Shown here: positions 9,804 through 19,025 of the stretch, piece after piece
Layout: the number at the start of each line of letters is the position of its first letter
Numbering within the stretch: the stretch's first letter is position 1
Assembly (NCBI GenBank): GCA_902461815.1
Contig: CABPZE010000001.1
Location: forward strand, 129,374-193,373
DNA: 64,000 nucleotides
Origin: an uncultured Anaerotruncus sp.
GTDB lineage: Bacteria; Bacillota; Clostridia; Oscillospirales; CAG-272
Direction: 5' to 3'
Notes under the pieces: model-generated
Told to the model about the DNA's origin: nothing
The model's input: the letters and a program-made list of their open reading frames with translations, nothing else
The model's database searches: none
Translations under genes and position numbers: made by a program

Positions 9804-10538
9804 ATGAGTATCAGAGATTCGATCAGAGTATGCCGCGACTATAATGAGATGTCGCGTATGGCGGCGGAGGTATTTGCCGACTACATAAAGAATAATCCCC
9901 ACGGTATTCTCGGACTTGCCACCGGTTCTTCTCCCGAGGGGCTTTACGCTTGCCTTGTCGAAAAATATAATAAAGGAGAGCTTGATTTTTCGGGAATAAT
10001 TTCCTTCAATCTTGACGAATACTATCCCATAGAGCCGGACAACGACCAGAGCTATCGTTATTTCATGAATCATCATCTGTTTGACCATGTGAATATCAAC
10101 AAAGGGAATACATTTGTTCCAGACGGCACTGCCGCCGATCCTGACGCCTTCTGCCGTGCATACGACGAGCAAATAAAGGCGGCAGGCGGGATAGGTCTTC
10201 AGCTTCTTGGCGTTGGTCAGAACGGACATATCGGCTTTAATGAACCTGCGGACGAGCTTATAGGAGGCACTCATCTTACCGAGCTTACCGAAAGCACTAT
10301 AAAAGCCAATTCGCGGTTCTTTGCATCTGCCGACGATGTACCGCGCCATGCGATAACTATGGGCATTGACAACATCATGAGCGCCGCAGGTGTGGTACTT
10401 GTAGTATCCGGAAAAAACAAACACGACGCGCTTATGGCACTGCTCGACGCGCCCGAAGATCCGCATGTACCGGTGACTCTGCTTCGCAGACATAAAAACC
10501 TTATGGTATTCTGCGACGAAGACGCTTATAACGGCTGA
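9804..10538 (+). CDS. nagB: Glucosamine-6-phosphate deaminase
   Basis: LGLATGSSPEGLY...FNLDEYY...LLGVGQNGHIGFNEP are hallmark NagB motifs. Confidence 0.9.
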   Translation: MSIRDSIRVCRDYNEMSRMAAEVFADYIKNNPHGILGLATGSSPEGLYACLVEKYNKGELDFSGIISFNLDEYYPIEPDNDQSYRYFMNHHLFDHVNINKGNTFVPDGTAADPDAFCRAYDEQIKAAGGIGLQLLGVGQNGHIGFNEPADELIGGTHLTELTESTIKANSRFFASADDVPRHAITMGIDNIMSAAGVVLVVSGKNKHDALMALLDAPEDPHVPVTLLRRHKNLMVFCDEDAYNG

Positions 10539-10564
10539 AATTATCTGAATTTTGGAGCATCAAA

Positions 10565-11137
10565 ATGACCGATGAGGTAATGATGAAGGAAAAAATCAAG
10601 GCGGAAGCGCAGGCGGTTCTTGAAGAACTGCTTGAGTCCGCTTCGTTTCGCGCGGGGGACATACTTGTAGTCGGATGTTCGACATCAGAGGTCGTTGGCG
10701 GTACGATAGGGAAGAATTCTTCCGCTGATGCCGCCGAAGCGATATATGAGGCGATAGCTCCGGTGCTTGCCGAGAGTGGAATATGGCTTGCCGCGCAGTG
10801 CTGCGAGCATCTTAACCGAGCGCTTGTGGTTGAGCGTGAGTGCGCCGAGAGATATGGTCTTGACGAGGTCTGTGTTCGTCCGCAGCCCCACGCCGGAGGC
10901 TCATGGGCAACAAAGGTTTACGATTCCATGAATGACCCTGTAATGGTTGAGCGTATATCCGCTCACGCCGGAATAGACATCGGTCTGACTCTTATCGGTA
11001 TGCACCTTCGCCCGGTGGCTGTACCGGTACGCACAAAGCAGCGCACGATAGGCTGTGCGGCAGTTGTGACAGCGCGTACAAGACCCAAGCTTATCGGCGG
11101 AGCGCGAGCGGTCTATCCCGACGGTTTTTCAAGGTGA
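10565..11137 (+). CDS. TIGR01440/DUF436 family protein (YwlG-like, function unknown)
   Basis: GDILVVGCSTSEV...AAQCCEHLNRALVVE...PHAGGS matches the pattern I recall for this family. Confidence 0.65.
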   Translation: MTDEVMMKEKIKAEAQAVLEELLESASFRAGDILVVGCSTSEVVGGTIGKNSSADAAEAIYEAIAPVLAESGIWLAAQCCEHLNRALVVERECAERYGLDEVCVRPQPHAGGSWATKVYDSMNDPVMVERISAHAGIDIGLTLIGMHLRPVAVPVRTKQRTIGCAAVVTARTRPKLIGGARAVYPDGFSR

Positions 11138-11210
11138 ATCGCACAGTGCTGTATCAGCAACACGGTGCGGAAAAAATTTTTCTCAGCTTTCTCAAAAGAC
11201 AAAAAAATAA

Positions 11211-11240
11211 TTGACATACTGCCGTCCTGTGTGATATAAT
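11211..11240 (+). promoter_or_regulatory. Candidate sigma-A promoter
   Basis: TTGACA (11211-11216), 18 nt, TGaTATAAT ending at 11240. Confidence 0.55.
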
Positions 11241-11279
11241 AGAATCGTGAATTTCGCTTGGGGAGGAGGGGTTACTGAT

Positions 11280-12107
11280 ATGTGCGCTTGCGGGCGACAG
11301 ACATATATAGTCACCTCCTGTAAGGGCGGAGTCGGCAAATCGACCGTGGCTGCAAATCTTGCTGCAGCTCTTGCTTACAGCGGTCGGAGGACGCTTATTA
11401 TCGACTGCGATTTCTCAAACCGCTCGCTCGACTTGATCTTCGGTTGCGAGGACAGTGTTATTTACGATATCTGCGACCTCACCTCCGGTCGGGTCTCTCC
11501 CGACAGGGCAATAATCAGAAGCGAAAGATGTGACGAGCTGTTCTTTATTCCTGCTCCGCTTGTTACAAGTGAAACATTTGATTCCGAACAGTTCCGTCGT
11601 GCGCTTGACCGTGCCGCGGATTCGGTAAACGCTGAATTTGTTATAATTGATACTCCCGGTGCTTCGGACGGAATAGTATCGGTCGTTGCTCCGGCAGCGC
11701 AGGGCGCGCTGATAATCGCATCTCACCAACCGACATCCATACGTGGCGCCGAAAAGATGGGCTACATACTCGATGAGCTTGGAATCGGAGAGCAGTACCT
11801 GATAATAAATATGTTTGACACTGCTTCGGTGCTTTCGGGCGACAGACCCGGAGTAAACGAACTTATTGACAAAACACATATAAGACTTCTCGGTGTTATC
11901 CCGGCGTCGCCGACACTTGCGGCAGAGCAGGAAAAGGGCAGACTGGCTGTTGAAGGGAAGCTCACGAAAAAAGGCATAAAGGTAAAAAAAGGCTGCCGCA
12001 CAGCGGCAGACGCTTTCCGGGAGACGGCTATGAGGCTTTGCTCCGAGCGCGTGCCTTTAATGTCTGACATGCCGGAGAGGAAACGCAAAAAACTGTTATA
12101 TACTTAA
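11280..12107 (+). CDS. MinD/ParA family P-loop ATPase
   Basis: Deviant Walker A in IVTSCKGGVGKSTVAANLA; Walker B FVIIDTPG. Start ATG 11280 lies behind GGAGGAGG. The ORF-track GTG at 11247 lies upstream of that RBS. Confidence 0.8.
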   Translation: MCACGRQTYIVTSCKGGVGKSTVAANLAAALAYSGRRTLIIDCDFSNRSLDLIFGCEDSVIYDICDLTSGRVSPDRAIIRSERCDELFFIPAPLVTSETFDSEQFRRALDRAADSVNAEFVIIDTPGASDGIVSVVAPAAQGALIIASHQPTSIRGAEKMGYILDELGIGEQYLIINMFDTASVLSGDRPGVNELIDKTHIRLLGVIPASPTLAAEQEKGRLAVEGKLTKKGIKVKKGCRTAADAFRETAMRLCSERVPLMSDMPERKRKKLLYT

Positions 12108-12136
12108 ATAATCATTCTGAAAAGTGAGGCGGAGTA

Positions 12137-12559
12137 ATGGAAATAGCAATTATAGCTCATGACTTGAAAAAGGAGCTTATGACACAGTTCTGTATTGCTT
12201 ACTGCGGAATACTGAGTAAGCACAGCCTTTGTGCCACAAGCATTACTGCAAAGTATATTTCCGACGCCACAGGACTTCACATTGAGCGTCTGCTGACAGG
12301 TCATCAGGGTGGCGAGGAGCAGATCGCGCTTCGCATAGCATACAATGAGATTGATCTTCTGATCGACTTCCGCGATACGCGCCCTGAGTCAACTCACAAC
12401 GAGCGTGAGCAGGAGCTGCTCAGAATGTGTGACCTTTACAATATCCCGGTAGCCACAAACATCGCCACTGCCGAGGCGCTGATAATTGCCCTTGACCGCG
12501 GAGATCTTAACTGGCGCGAGTATGTAAACCCACATTCAAAGATCAACAGCAGAAATTAA
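12137..12559 (+). CDS. Methylglyoxal synthase-like (MGS-like domain) protein, divergent at canonical active-site positions
   Basis: IAIIAHDLKKELM...NIPVATNIATAEALI resembles MgsA. However, the ATGTTG, GGDQQ and PHxPD motifs are replaced by ATSITA, GGEEQ and THNERE. Confidence 0.7.
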   Translation: MEIAIIAHDLKKELMTQFCIAYCGILSKHSLCATSITAKYISDATGLHIERLLTGHQGGEEQIALRIAYNEIDLLIDFRDTRPESTHNEREQELLRMCDLYNIPVATNIATAEALIIALDRGDLNWREYVNPHSKINSRN

Positions 12560-12574
12560 GAGCGACAATAAAAA

Positions 12575-12775
12575 CAGCGGGACATGTTTACGCGGATCGT
12601 GCACGCACAGAGAGAGGACAGAAGCTGAGAGTCCTTCATGCGCACCGCGTCGATACCACCCGTCTGGAAAAATGAATATCTGCATTTTGCATCAAGAGTG
12701 AAAAGCTCGGGTGGAACCGTGCGGTAAATTGCCACACCCCGAACAGTCGTTATGACTGACGGGGTGCGCTTTTTA
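12575..12775 (+). promoter_or_regulatory. T-box riboswitch leader (threonine specifier) with terminator, upstream of thrS
   Basis: AGAGAG and GCTGAGAG stem I elements. ACC ACC (12655-12660) lies in the candidate specifier loop. The T-box sequence is GGGTGGAACCGTGCGG (12709-12724). The terminator is CACACCCCG...CGGGGTGCGCTTTTT, ending near 12773. Confidence 0.85.
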
Positions 12776-12817
12776 TATATAAAAAATTTAATGCTTTTGC
12801 ATTACGGAGGAATTGAA

Positions 12818-14752
12818 ATGAAGATCACATTCGGAGAAAAAGTCTGCTTGTCGGATATTCCGATAAGCGTGTATGACGCCGCGCGCGCCGCCGGCGCCAT
12901 AAGCCGCGAGCATATTGCCGCGAAGGTAAACGGCAAAGTATGCGAGCTGACCCACCTTGTCGACGGCGACGCCGAGATCGAACTGCTTACATTTGCCGAT
13001 GAGGACGGCAAGCACGTTTACCGTCACACCGCCTCTCACATTCTGGCACAGGCTGTAAAACGGCTTTACCCCGACACAAAGCTGACAATAGGTCCTGCTA
13101 TTGAAAACGGTTTTTATTATGACTTTGACAGCGAGATCTCCTTCACTCCCGAGATACTTGAGAAGCTCGAGGCGGAAATGAAGAAGATAATCAAGGAAAA
13201 CCTGAAGATCGAGCGTTTTGAGCTGCCACGTGAGGAGGCTGTAAAGCTCATGACCGAACGCGATGAGCCGTACAAGGTTCAGCTTATCAATGAGCTGCCG
13301 GAGGGTTCGGTAATCAGCTTTTACCGTCAGGGTGAGTTTGTTGATCTGTGCGCCGGACCGCATCTTTTCTCGACCGGTACTGTAAAGGCGGTCAAACTGA
13401 CTCAGTGTACGGGCGCGTACTGGAAGGGCGACCAGAACAACAAGATGCTCCAGCGCGTATACGGCATTGCTTTCCCGTCCAAGGATGAAATGAAAGAGTA
13501 TCTTGAAAAGCTCGAGGAAGCCCGCAAGCGCGATCATAACAAGATCGGACGTGAGCTTGAATACTTCACCACAGTGGATTACGTCGGTCAGGGTCTTCCC
13601 ATAATGCTTCCGAAGGGCGCGAGGACGATTCAGGTGCTCCAGCGCTTTGTTGAAGACGAGGAACGCCGCCGCGGATATATCCTGACCAAAACTCCGTTTA
13701 TGGCAAAACGTGAGCTGTACAAGATATCCGGACACTGGGATCATTACCTTGACGGTATGTTTATTATCGGAGATCCGCACGATGAGACTAAGGAATGTCT
13801 TGCTTTGCGTCCGATGACCTGCCCGTTCCAGTATCAGGTTTATCTGAACAAAAAGCGCTCATACCGCGATCTTCCCATGAGGCTTGGCGAGACGTCAACA
13901 CTTTTCCGCAATGAGGACAGCGGCGAAATGCACGGACTTATCCGTGTCCGTCAGTTCACGATATCTGAGGGACATCTGGTTCTTGCTCCCGAACAGCTGG
14001 AAGAGGAATTCCGTGGCTGTCTTGACCTTGCGCAGTATATGCTGAAGGCTTTGGGATTTGATCAGGACGTCACGTACCGTTTCTCACAGTGGGATCCCAA
14101 TAATACGCAGAAATATGAGGGAACTCCTGAGCAGTGGGATGAGGCGCAGGGGATCATGAAGCGTATACTTGACCATATCGGTCTGAATTACACAATAGGC
14201 ATTGATGAGGCGGCGTTCTACGGACCTAAGCTTGACATTCAGATGAAGAATGTTTTCGGCAAGGAGGACACGATCATCACGATTCAGATCGACCTGCTGC
14301 TTGCAAAGAAGTTCGGTATGGAGTACACAGATAAGAATGACAAGCGCGTAACGCCTTATATCATTCACCGTACATCTATGGGCTGTTACGAACGCACGCT
14401 TGCTCTGCTCCTTGAAAAATACGGCGGAGCTATGCCAATGTGGGTAGCTCCGGTGCAGGTGAAGATCCTTCCTATCGGTGTTGAGCATGAAGAGTATGCC
14501 CGCAAAGTATACGACGAGCTTGACAGGGCAGGGCTTCGTGCGGAAGTGGACGCAAGAAACGAGAAGATAGGATACAAGATCCGTCAGGCACAGCTTGAAA
14601 AGGTACCGTATATGCTTGTGGTCGGCGACAAGGAGCGCGAAGAAGGAACGGTTGCGGTTCGTTCCCGCCGTGCCGGAGATGAAGGTGCAATTCCGGTTGC
14701 TGATTTCATCGCAAAGGCACTTGATGACGTAAAGACCCTGAGACTTGACTGA
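12818..14752 (+). CDS. thrS: Threonine--tRNA ligase
   Basis: MKITFGEK... TGS start, HTASHILAQAVKRLYP editing-domain motif, and class II core (FRNEDSGEMHGLIRVRQFT). GGAGG lies upstream of ATG 12818. Confidence 0.95.
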   Translation: MKITFGEKVCLSDIPISVYDAARAAGAISREHIAAKVNGKVCELTHLVDGDAEIELLTFADEDGKHVYRHTASHILAQAVKRLYPDTKLTIGPAIENGFYYDFDSEISFTPEILEKLEAEMKKIIKENLKIERFELPREEAVKLMTERDEPYKVQLINELPEGSVISFYRQGEFVDLCAGPHLFSTGTVKAVKLTQCTGAYWKGDQNNKMLQRVYGIAFPSKDEMKEYLEKLEEARKRDHNKIGRELEYFTTVDYVGQGLPIMLPKGARTIQVLQRFVEDEERRRGYILTKTPFMAKRELYKISGHWDHYLDGMFIIGDPHDETKECLALRPMTCPFQYQVYLNKKRSYRDLPMRLGETSTLFRNEDSGEMHGLIRVRQFTISEGHLVLAPEQLEEEFRGCLDLAQYMLKALGFDQDVTYRFSQWDPNNTQKYEGTPEQWDEAQGIMKRILDHIGLNYTIGIDEAAFYGPKLDIQMKNVFGKEDTIITIQIDLLLAKKFGMEYTDKNDKRVTPYIIHRTSMGCYERTLALLLEKYGGAMPMWVAPVQVKILPIGVEHEEYARKVYDELDRAGLRAEVDARNEKIGYKIRQAQLEKVPYMLVVGDKEREEGTVAVRSRRAGDEGAIPVADFIAKALDDVKTLRLD

Positions 14753-14767
14753 GTATCTCATAAATAC

Positions 14768-14810
14768 AAAACACGGGCTGCTGCGCAAAATGCGCAGCAG
14801 CCCGTGTTTT
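14768..14810. terminator. Bidirectional intrinsic terminator (thrS / DUF4349 gene)
   Basis: AAAACACGGGCTGCTGCGCA aaa TGCGCAGCAGCCCGTGTTTT. Confidence 0.9.
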
Positions 14811-14817
14811 GATATGC

Positions 14818-15723
14818 TTATTTCTTTTTCTTTCTGGTTGCAGCCAGAACTGTTACCACGATAACTAAAACTATTACGGCAAGCGTAATGATCGCGGGCA
14901 GTGCCGAGACGATGAAAACGGCAACATCCTGCCAGAACTCTCCGAAGCTTTGCCAGCTCGATGCGAAAGCCTTTGAAATACGGCTTCCGAATGTGGGGGA
15001 CTCGGCAGGGGTAAGCTCAAGCACCTCGCGCAGGTTGATCGTTACGGTCGAATAGCTGACGCGGTTGTCATAGTTGCGCAGTCTGGCTTCAAGCGCGGCG
15101 ATATCCTGCTCGGTCTCCGAAAGGCGTTTCTGAAGCGTAAGCCAGAAATCGTACTGTACCGCCGTGTCAATTGATGCCATCATTTTTTGCAGACTTTCAC
15201 GCTCAGCCTTGAGTGTATCAAGGCGCGCCGCGGCGTCATAATATGCCTCTGTTACATTTTCGGCGCTTGAGGAGGAGCTTGTGACATTCATAATGCTTCC
15301 AAGACCCGACACAAAGTCCTCGTATTTGTCCGCGGGAACTCGCACAGTCGCCGTGAGACGGCGGGAGGAACGTCCTGAGCCGTATGATATACCGGTGGAG
15401 CCTTGGCTCTCAATATATCCACCCACTGCGTAGATGGCGTCTGAAAGCGCGGCGGAAGTTGTGTCAAATTCGCGCGTTTCGCCCTCAATGGTGCAGGTGC
15501 GGATTATTTTCTGACCGGCTTCCTCCAAGTCGGAAACTTCAATAAGACCGCTTGAGACCGAGTCTTTGTCAGAGTAATTAGGAATTTCTGCTTCCGCACT
15601 GTTGCCGAAATATCCGTCAGATGCAGCACCCTGGCTGCTGCAGGAGCAGAGCAGAAGGGTCAGAAGGAGAAGAAACGAGCAGAATGCGTATAAAGCTTGC
15701 GTTTTTTTGAGGCTTCTTTTCAT
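14818..15723 (-). CDS. Putative lipoprotein with coiled-coil region and C-terminal TM anchor (DUF4349-like)
   Basis: Signal and lipobox LLLTLLLCSCSS, a central heptad-like region (DTLKAERESLQKMM, DIAALEARLRN), and a C-terminal hydrophobic segment followed by RKKKK. Start 15723 has 9-nt spacing from GGAG. Confidence 0.55.
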   Translation of the reverse strand: MKRSLKKTQALYAFCSFLLLLTLLLCSCSSQGAASDGYFGNSAEAEIPNYSDKDSVSSGLIEVSDLEEAGQKIIRTCTIEGETREFDTTSAALSDAIYAVGGYIESQGSTGISYGSGRSSRRLTATVRVPADKYEDFVSGLGSIMNVTSSSSSAENVTEAYYDAAARLDTLKAERESLQKMMASIDTAVQYDFWLTLQKRLSETEQDIAALEARLRNYDNRVSYSTVTINLREVLELTPAESPTFGSRISKAFASSWQSFGEFWQDVAVFIVSALPAIITLAVIVLVIVVTVLAATRKKKK

Positions 15724-15768
15724 GGCGTACATCTCCTTTTTGTGCTTTTATTTGTTTGGTTTGAGCTT

Positions 15769-18426
15769 TTATCTGAGCTTTGCCAGAGCGGCTTCAATGC
15801 CGGCAAGTGTTTCGCGGTATTTCTCAAGCTTGGCTTTTTCGCCGTCCACGACTGCCGCGGGAGCTTTTGCAACAAATCCTTCATTTGAGAGCTTGGCGGA
15901 AAGCCTTGCTATCTCACCGGTGACACGTTTTTGCTCGCCCTCAAGACGTGCGCGCTCTTTAGCTGTGTCAACAAGCTCGGAAAGCGGCAGATAAACCGTA
16001 GCCGCCGGGGTGATGATCTGCGCGGCGTCGTCGGCGCTGATGATTCCAGCAAAGCTGTCGCTTACCTCGACCTCTGAGGCAGAGGCAAGGCGCGTGAAGA
16101 AGGGATATGTCGCTTCTCCGAATGAATCGGAATATTTGGTTTCGATAAAGATCTTTGTTTTGCGTGAGGGTGCGACGTTCATCTCGGTGCGGCGTGCGCG
16201 TATTGCTTTGATGACGGCGATAAGACGTTCGGTCTTTTCCGCCTCGTCTGTAAAGTCGAGTGACGGGTCCGCTTCGGGATATTTTGCGATCATAATGCTT
16301 TTAGCGTCGCCGTTATGAGGCAGCGCGCCGTAGATCTCTTCGGTGATGAAAGGCATAAAGGGGTGAAGCAACTTAAGAGTTCCGATAAGAACATATGCAA
16401 GCACGCTTTGCGCCGTGCGGTTTTCCTCGGTATCGTGCGCTGCAAGACGCGCTTTTGTCAGCTCAATATACCAGTCGCAGTAGATGTCCCAGATGAAATC
16501 GTAAATGGCGGAAAGCGCCACACCGACCTCGTATTTGTCAAGCGAGGCATTTACCGAAGCCGCCAATCCGTTGAAGCGCGTAAGGATCCACTTGTCCTCG
16601 GGGGCGAGCTTATCGGCTTCAGGGAGTGCTACGCTTTCAATTGTAAGATTCATTCTCACGAAACGGGAGGCATTCCACAGCTTGTTGGCAAAGTTTCGCG
16701 CAGCCTCGATCTTTTCGTCAGAGAAGCGCATATCGTTTCCGGGGCTGTTTCCGGTTGCAAGCGCAAAGCGGAGGGCGTCTGCACCGTATTTGTCGATTAT
16801 TTCAAGCGGGTCTATGCCGTTTCCGAGAGATTTGGACATCTTGCGTCCCTGCGCGTCACGCACAAGTCCGTGAATGAACACATGAGAGAAAGGCTTTTCA
16901 CCCATGAATTCAAGTCCCATGAAGATCATCTTGGATACCCAGAAGGTGATGATATCGTATCCGGTAACCAGCACACTTGTAGGATAGTACTTCTTGAGGT
17001 CGGCGGTGTTGTCAGGCCAGCCGAGAGTGGTGAACGGCCACAGGGCAGAGGAGAACCATGTGTCAAGCACATCTTCCTCCTGAGTCATGTTGTGAGAACC
17101 GCATTTCGGGCAGACATGAACATCCTCCTCGGAAACGGTCATTTCGCCGCAGTCAGAGCAGTAATATGCGGGAATGCGGTGTCCCCACCAGAGCTGGCGG
17201 GAAATACACCAGTCGCGGATGTTTTCCATCCAGTTGAGATATATTTTTGAGAAGCGCTCCGGAATGTAATTAATGTCGCCGTTCTTGACCGCGGCAATTG
17301 CCGGCTCGGCAAGCGGCTTCATTTTTACGAACCACTGGCGGGACGCCACAGGCTCAAGCACCGTTCCGCAACGGTAGCAGTGAGCGACATTGTGAGTACA
17401 TTTTTCAACCTTTTCAAGCAGACCGAGAGCGTCAAGATCGGCGACGATCTGTTTTCTGGCTTCGAAACGGTCAAGCCCCTGATACTTTCCGCCGTTTTCA
17501 TTGATATGAGCGGTGTTATCAAGCACGATAATGTTTTCAAGATTGTGACGGAGTCCGGTCTCGTAGTCGTTGGGGTCATGAGCGGGGGTGATCTTAACGC
17601 AGCCTGTTCCGAAGTCACGGTCGACATTTTCGTCGGCTATTACCGGAATTTCGCGTCCGACAAGCGGAAGTATCAGTGTTTTTCCGACAAGATGAGAATA
17701 CCTTTCGTCACCGGGAGCTACGGCAACTGCGGTATCGCCAAGCATTGTTTCGGGGCGTGTTGTCGCAACAACAACGTATTTGCCTTCTTCGCCCTTGATA
17801 GGGTAGCGGAGATGCCAGAAAGCGCCCTCAATTTCCTTGTGTTCGACCTCGGCGTCGGAAATAACGGTGTTGCAGTGCGGGCAGACGTTGGTTATACGCA
17901 GACCGCGGTAGATAAGGCCCTTGTTGTAAAGAGATACGAAAACGCGGCGCACGGCTCGGGAAAGCTCGTCGCTCATAGTGAACGCTTCACGGCTCCAGTC
18001 GCAGGACGATCCCAGTTTTTTTAGCTGATTGATTATTCTGCTGCCGTACTGAGCCTTCCAATCCCAGACGCGCCTCAAAAACTCTTCGCGTCCCAGATCA
18101 TAGCGTGTAAGACCTTCGTTTTTGCGCAGATATTCCTCCACCTTGATCTGCGTGGCGATTCCGGCATGGTCGGTCCCGGGAATCCAAAGGGTGTTGTAGC
18201 CCTGCATACGCTTGGCTCGGATAAGAATATCCTGAAGAGTTTCGTCAAGCGCGTGTCCCATGTGAAGCTGACCGGTTACATTGGGAGGCGGAATAACGAT
18301 GCAGAATGGCGGACGGTTGTCGTTGGGGTCAGGCGTAAAATAGCCATTGTCTGACCACATTTTGTATATCCGATCCTCAAAATCCTGCGGATCATAGGTT
18401 TTCGGAAGTTCGTGGATCTGTTCCAT
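15769..18426 (-). CDS. valS: Valine--tRNA ligase
   Basis: Class I motifs [13 protein letters not shown] and KMSKSLGN, plus a C-terminal coiled coil. Start is at [13 protein letters not shown] (ATG 18426). Confidence 0.95.
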   Translation of the reverse strand: MEQIHELPKTYDPQDFEDRIYKMWSDNGYFTPDPNDNRPPFCIVIPPPNVTGQLHMGHALDETLQDILIRAKRMQGYNTLWIPGTDHAGIATQIKVEEYLRKNEGLTRYDLGREEFLRRVWDWKAQYGSRIINQLKKLGSSCDWSREAFTMSDELSRAVRRVFVSLYNKGLIYRGLRITNVCPHCNTVISDAEVEHKEIEGAFWHLRYPIKGEEGKYVVVATTRPETMLGDTAVAVAPGDERYSHLVGKTLILPLVGREIPVIADENVDRDFGTGCVKITPAHDPNDYETGLRHNLENIIVLDNTAHINENGGKYQGLDRFEARKQIVADLDALGLLEKVEKCTHNVAHCYRCGTVLEPVASRQWFVKMKPLAEPAIAAVKNGDINYIPERFSKIYLNWMENIRDWCISRQLWWGHRIPAYYCSDCGEMTVSEEDVHVCPKCGSHNMTQEEDVLDTWFSSALWPFTTLGWPDNTADLKKYYPTSVLVTGYDIITFWVSKMIFMGLEFMGEKPFSHVFIHGLVRDAQGRKMSKSLGNGIDPLEIIDKYGADALRFALATGNSPGNDMRFSDEKIEAARNFANKLWNASRFVRMNLTIESVALPEADKLAPEDKWILTRFNGLAASVNASLDKYEVGVALSAIYDFIWDIYCDWYIELTKARLAAHDTEENRTAQSVLAYVLIGTLKLLHPFMPFITEEIYGALPHNGDAKSIMIAKYPEADPSLDFTDEAEKTERLIAVIKAIRARRTEMNVAPSRKTKIFIETKYSDSFGEATYPFFTRLASASEVEVSDSFAGIISADDAAQIITPAATVYLPLSELVDTAKERARLEGEQKRVTGEIARLSAKLSNEGFVAKAPAAVVDGEKAKLEKYRETLAGIEAALAKLR

Positions 18427-18483
18427 ATTATGATTTTTCCTTTCGGTAATAAATAACTGTGTCAAAGGGCGGGAAAGTGTATA

Positions 18484-18735
18484 AAAACAAAAAGCCCCCA
18501 CATCCTATCAGGACGCAGGAAGCGCGGTACCACCCGATTTCGCGCCGGTAAGCGAAAGAACACACCGACGCACTCTTATATATCCGGATAACGGCGGATG
18601 CCGCAGAAAACTACGCCCTATGGTTTCATTTTCTTCGCTCGTGGGGCGACTTCGACTGCCGTCAGCCGCGGACTTTGCACCAGGTGCCCGCTCTCTTCGG
18701 ACTCGCACAGCTTACTGCTCCCCGTCATTGCGTTT
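18484..18735 (-). promoter_or_regulatory. T-box riboswitch leader (valine, candidate specifier GUC) upstream of valS
   Basis: The minus strand shows AGAGAGCGGGCACCTGGTGCAAAG (stem I), GAAGUCG (candidate specifier), and the T-box AAATCGGGTGGTACCGCG (plus-strand 18523-18535). A terminator helix follows, then CTTTTTGTTTTT. Confidence 0.85.
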
Positions 18736-18744
18736 GTTTGTCTC

Positions 18745-18773
18745 ATTATAGCATACTGCATATTGTTTGTCAA
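18745..18773 (-). promoter_or_regulatory. Sigma-A promoter of the valS T-box leader
   Basis: Minus strand TTGACA, 17 nt, TGcTATAAT. Confidence 0.7.
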
Positions 18774-18855
18774 GGGTTTTATTGAAACCGTGAGTACGTG
18801 AGTGCTGAAAGCTGTTGATATGTCATAAAAAACTCAAAAAAATTCAAAAAAACTA

Positions 18856-18884
18856 TTGACAAACACTCAGAGCTCTGCTATAAT
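18856..18884 (+). promoter_or_regulatory. Sigma-A promoter of tRNA-Thr
   Basis: TTGACA (18856-18861), 17 nt, TGcTATAAT (ending 18884), about 17 nt before the tRNA 5' end. Confidence 0.75.
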
Positions 18885-18900
18885 ATTGCACGTTGGGTCT

Positions 18901-18976
18901 GCTGCTATGGCTCAGTCGGTAGAGCACATCCTTGGTAAGGATGAGGTCGTCAGTTCGATTCTGACTAGCAGCTCCA
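18901..18976 (+). tRNA. tRNA-Thr (anticodon GGU), CCA encoded
   Basis: I folded the cloverleaf by hand. Acceptor GCTGCTA/TAGCAGC; D arm GCTC-AGTCGGTA-GAGC; anticodon arm CATCC-TTGGTAA-GGATG; T arm GTCAG-TTCGATT-CTGAC; then T-CCA. Confidence 0.9.
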
Positions 18977-18979
18977 AAA

Positions 18980-19012
18980 CAGCCGGAAGATTCAGTCTTC
19001 CGGCTGTTTTTT
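18980..19012 (+). terminator. Intrinsic terminator after tRNA-Thr
   Basis: CAGCCGGAAGA ttcag TCTTCCGGCTG followed by TTTTTT. Confidence 0.9.
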
Positions 19013-19025
19013 GTGTCTGCGGGAT

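Noticed and set aside
12788-13780. 330-aa minus-strand ORF
   Set aside because: It is antisense to thrS.
16315-17250. 311-aa plus-strand ORF, plus several other plus-strand ORFs between 15600 and 18400
   Set aside because: They are antisense to valS and the DUF4349-like gene.
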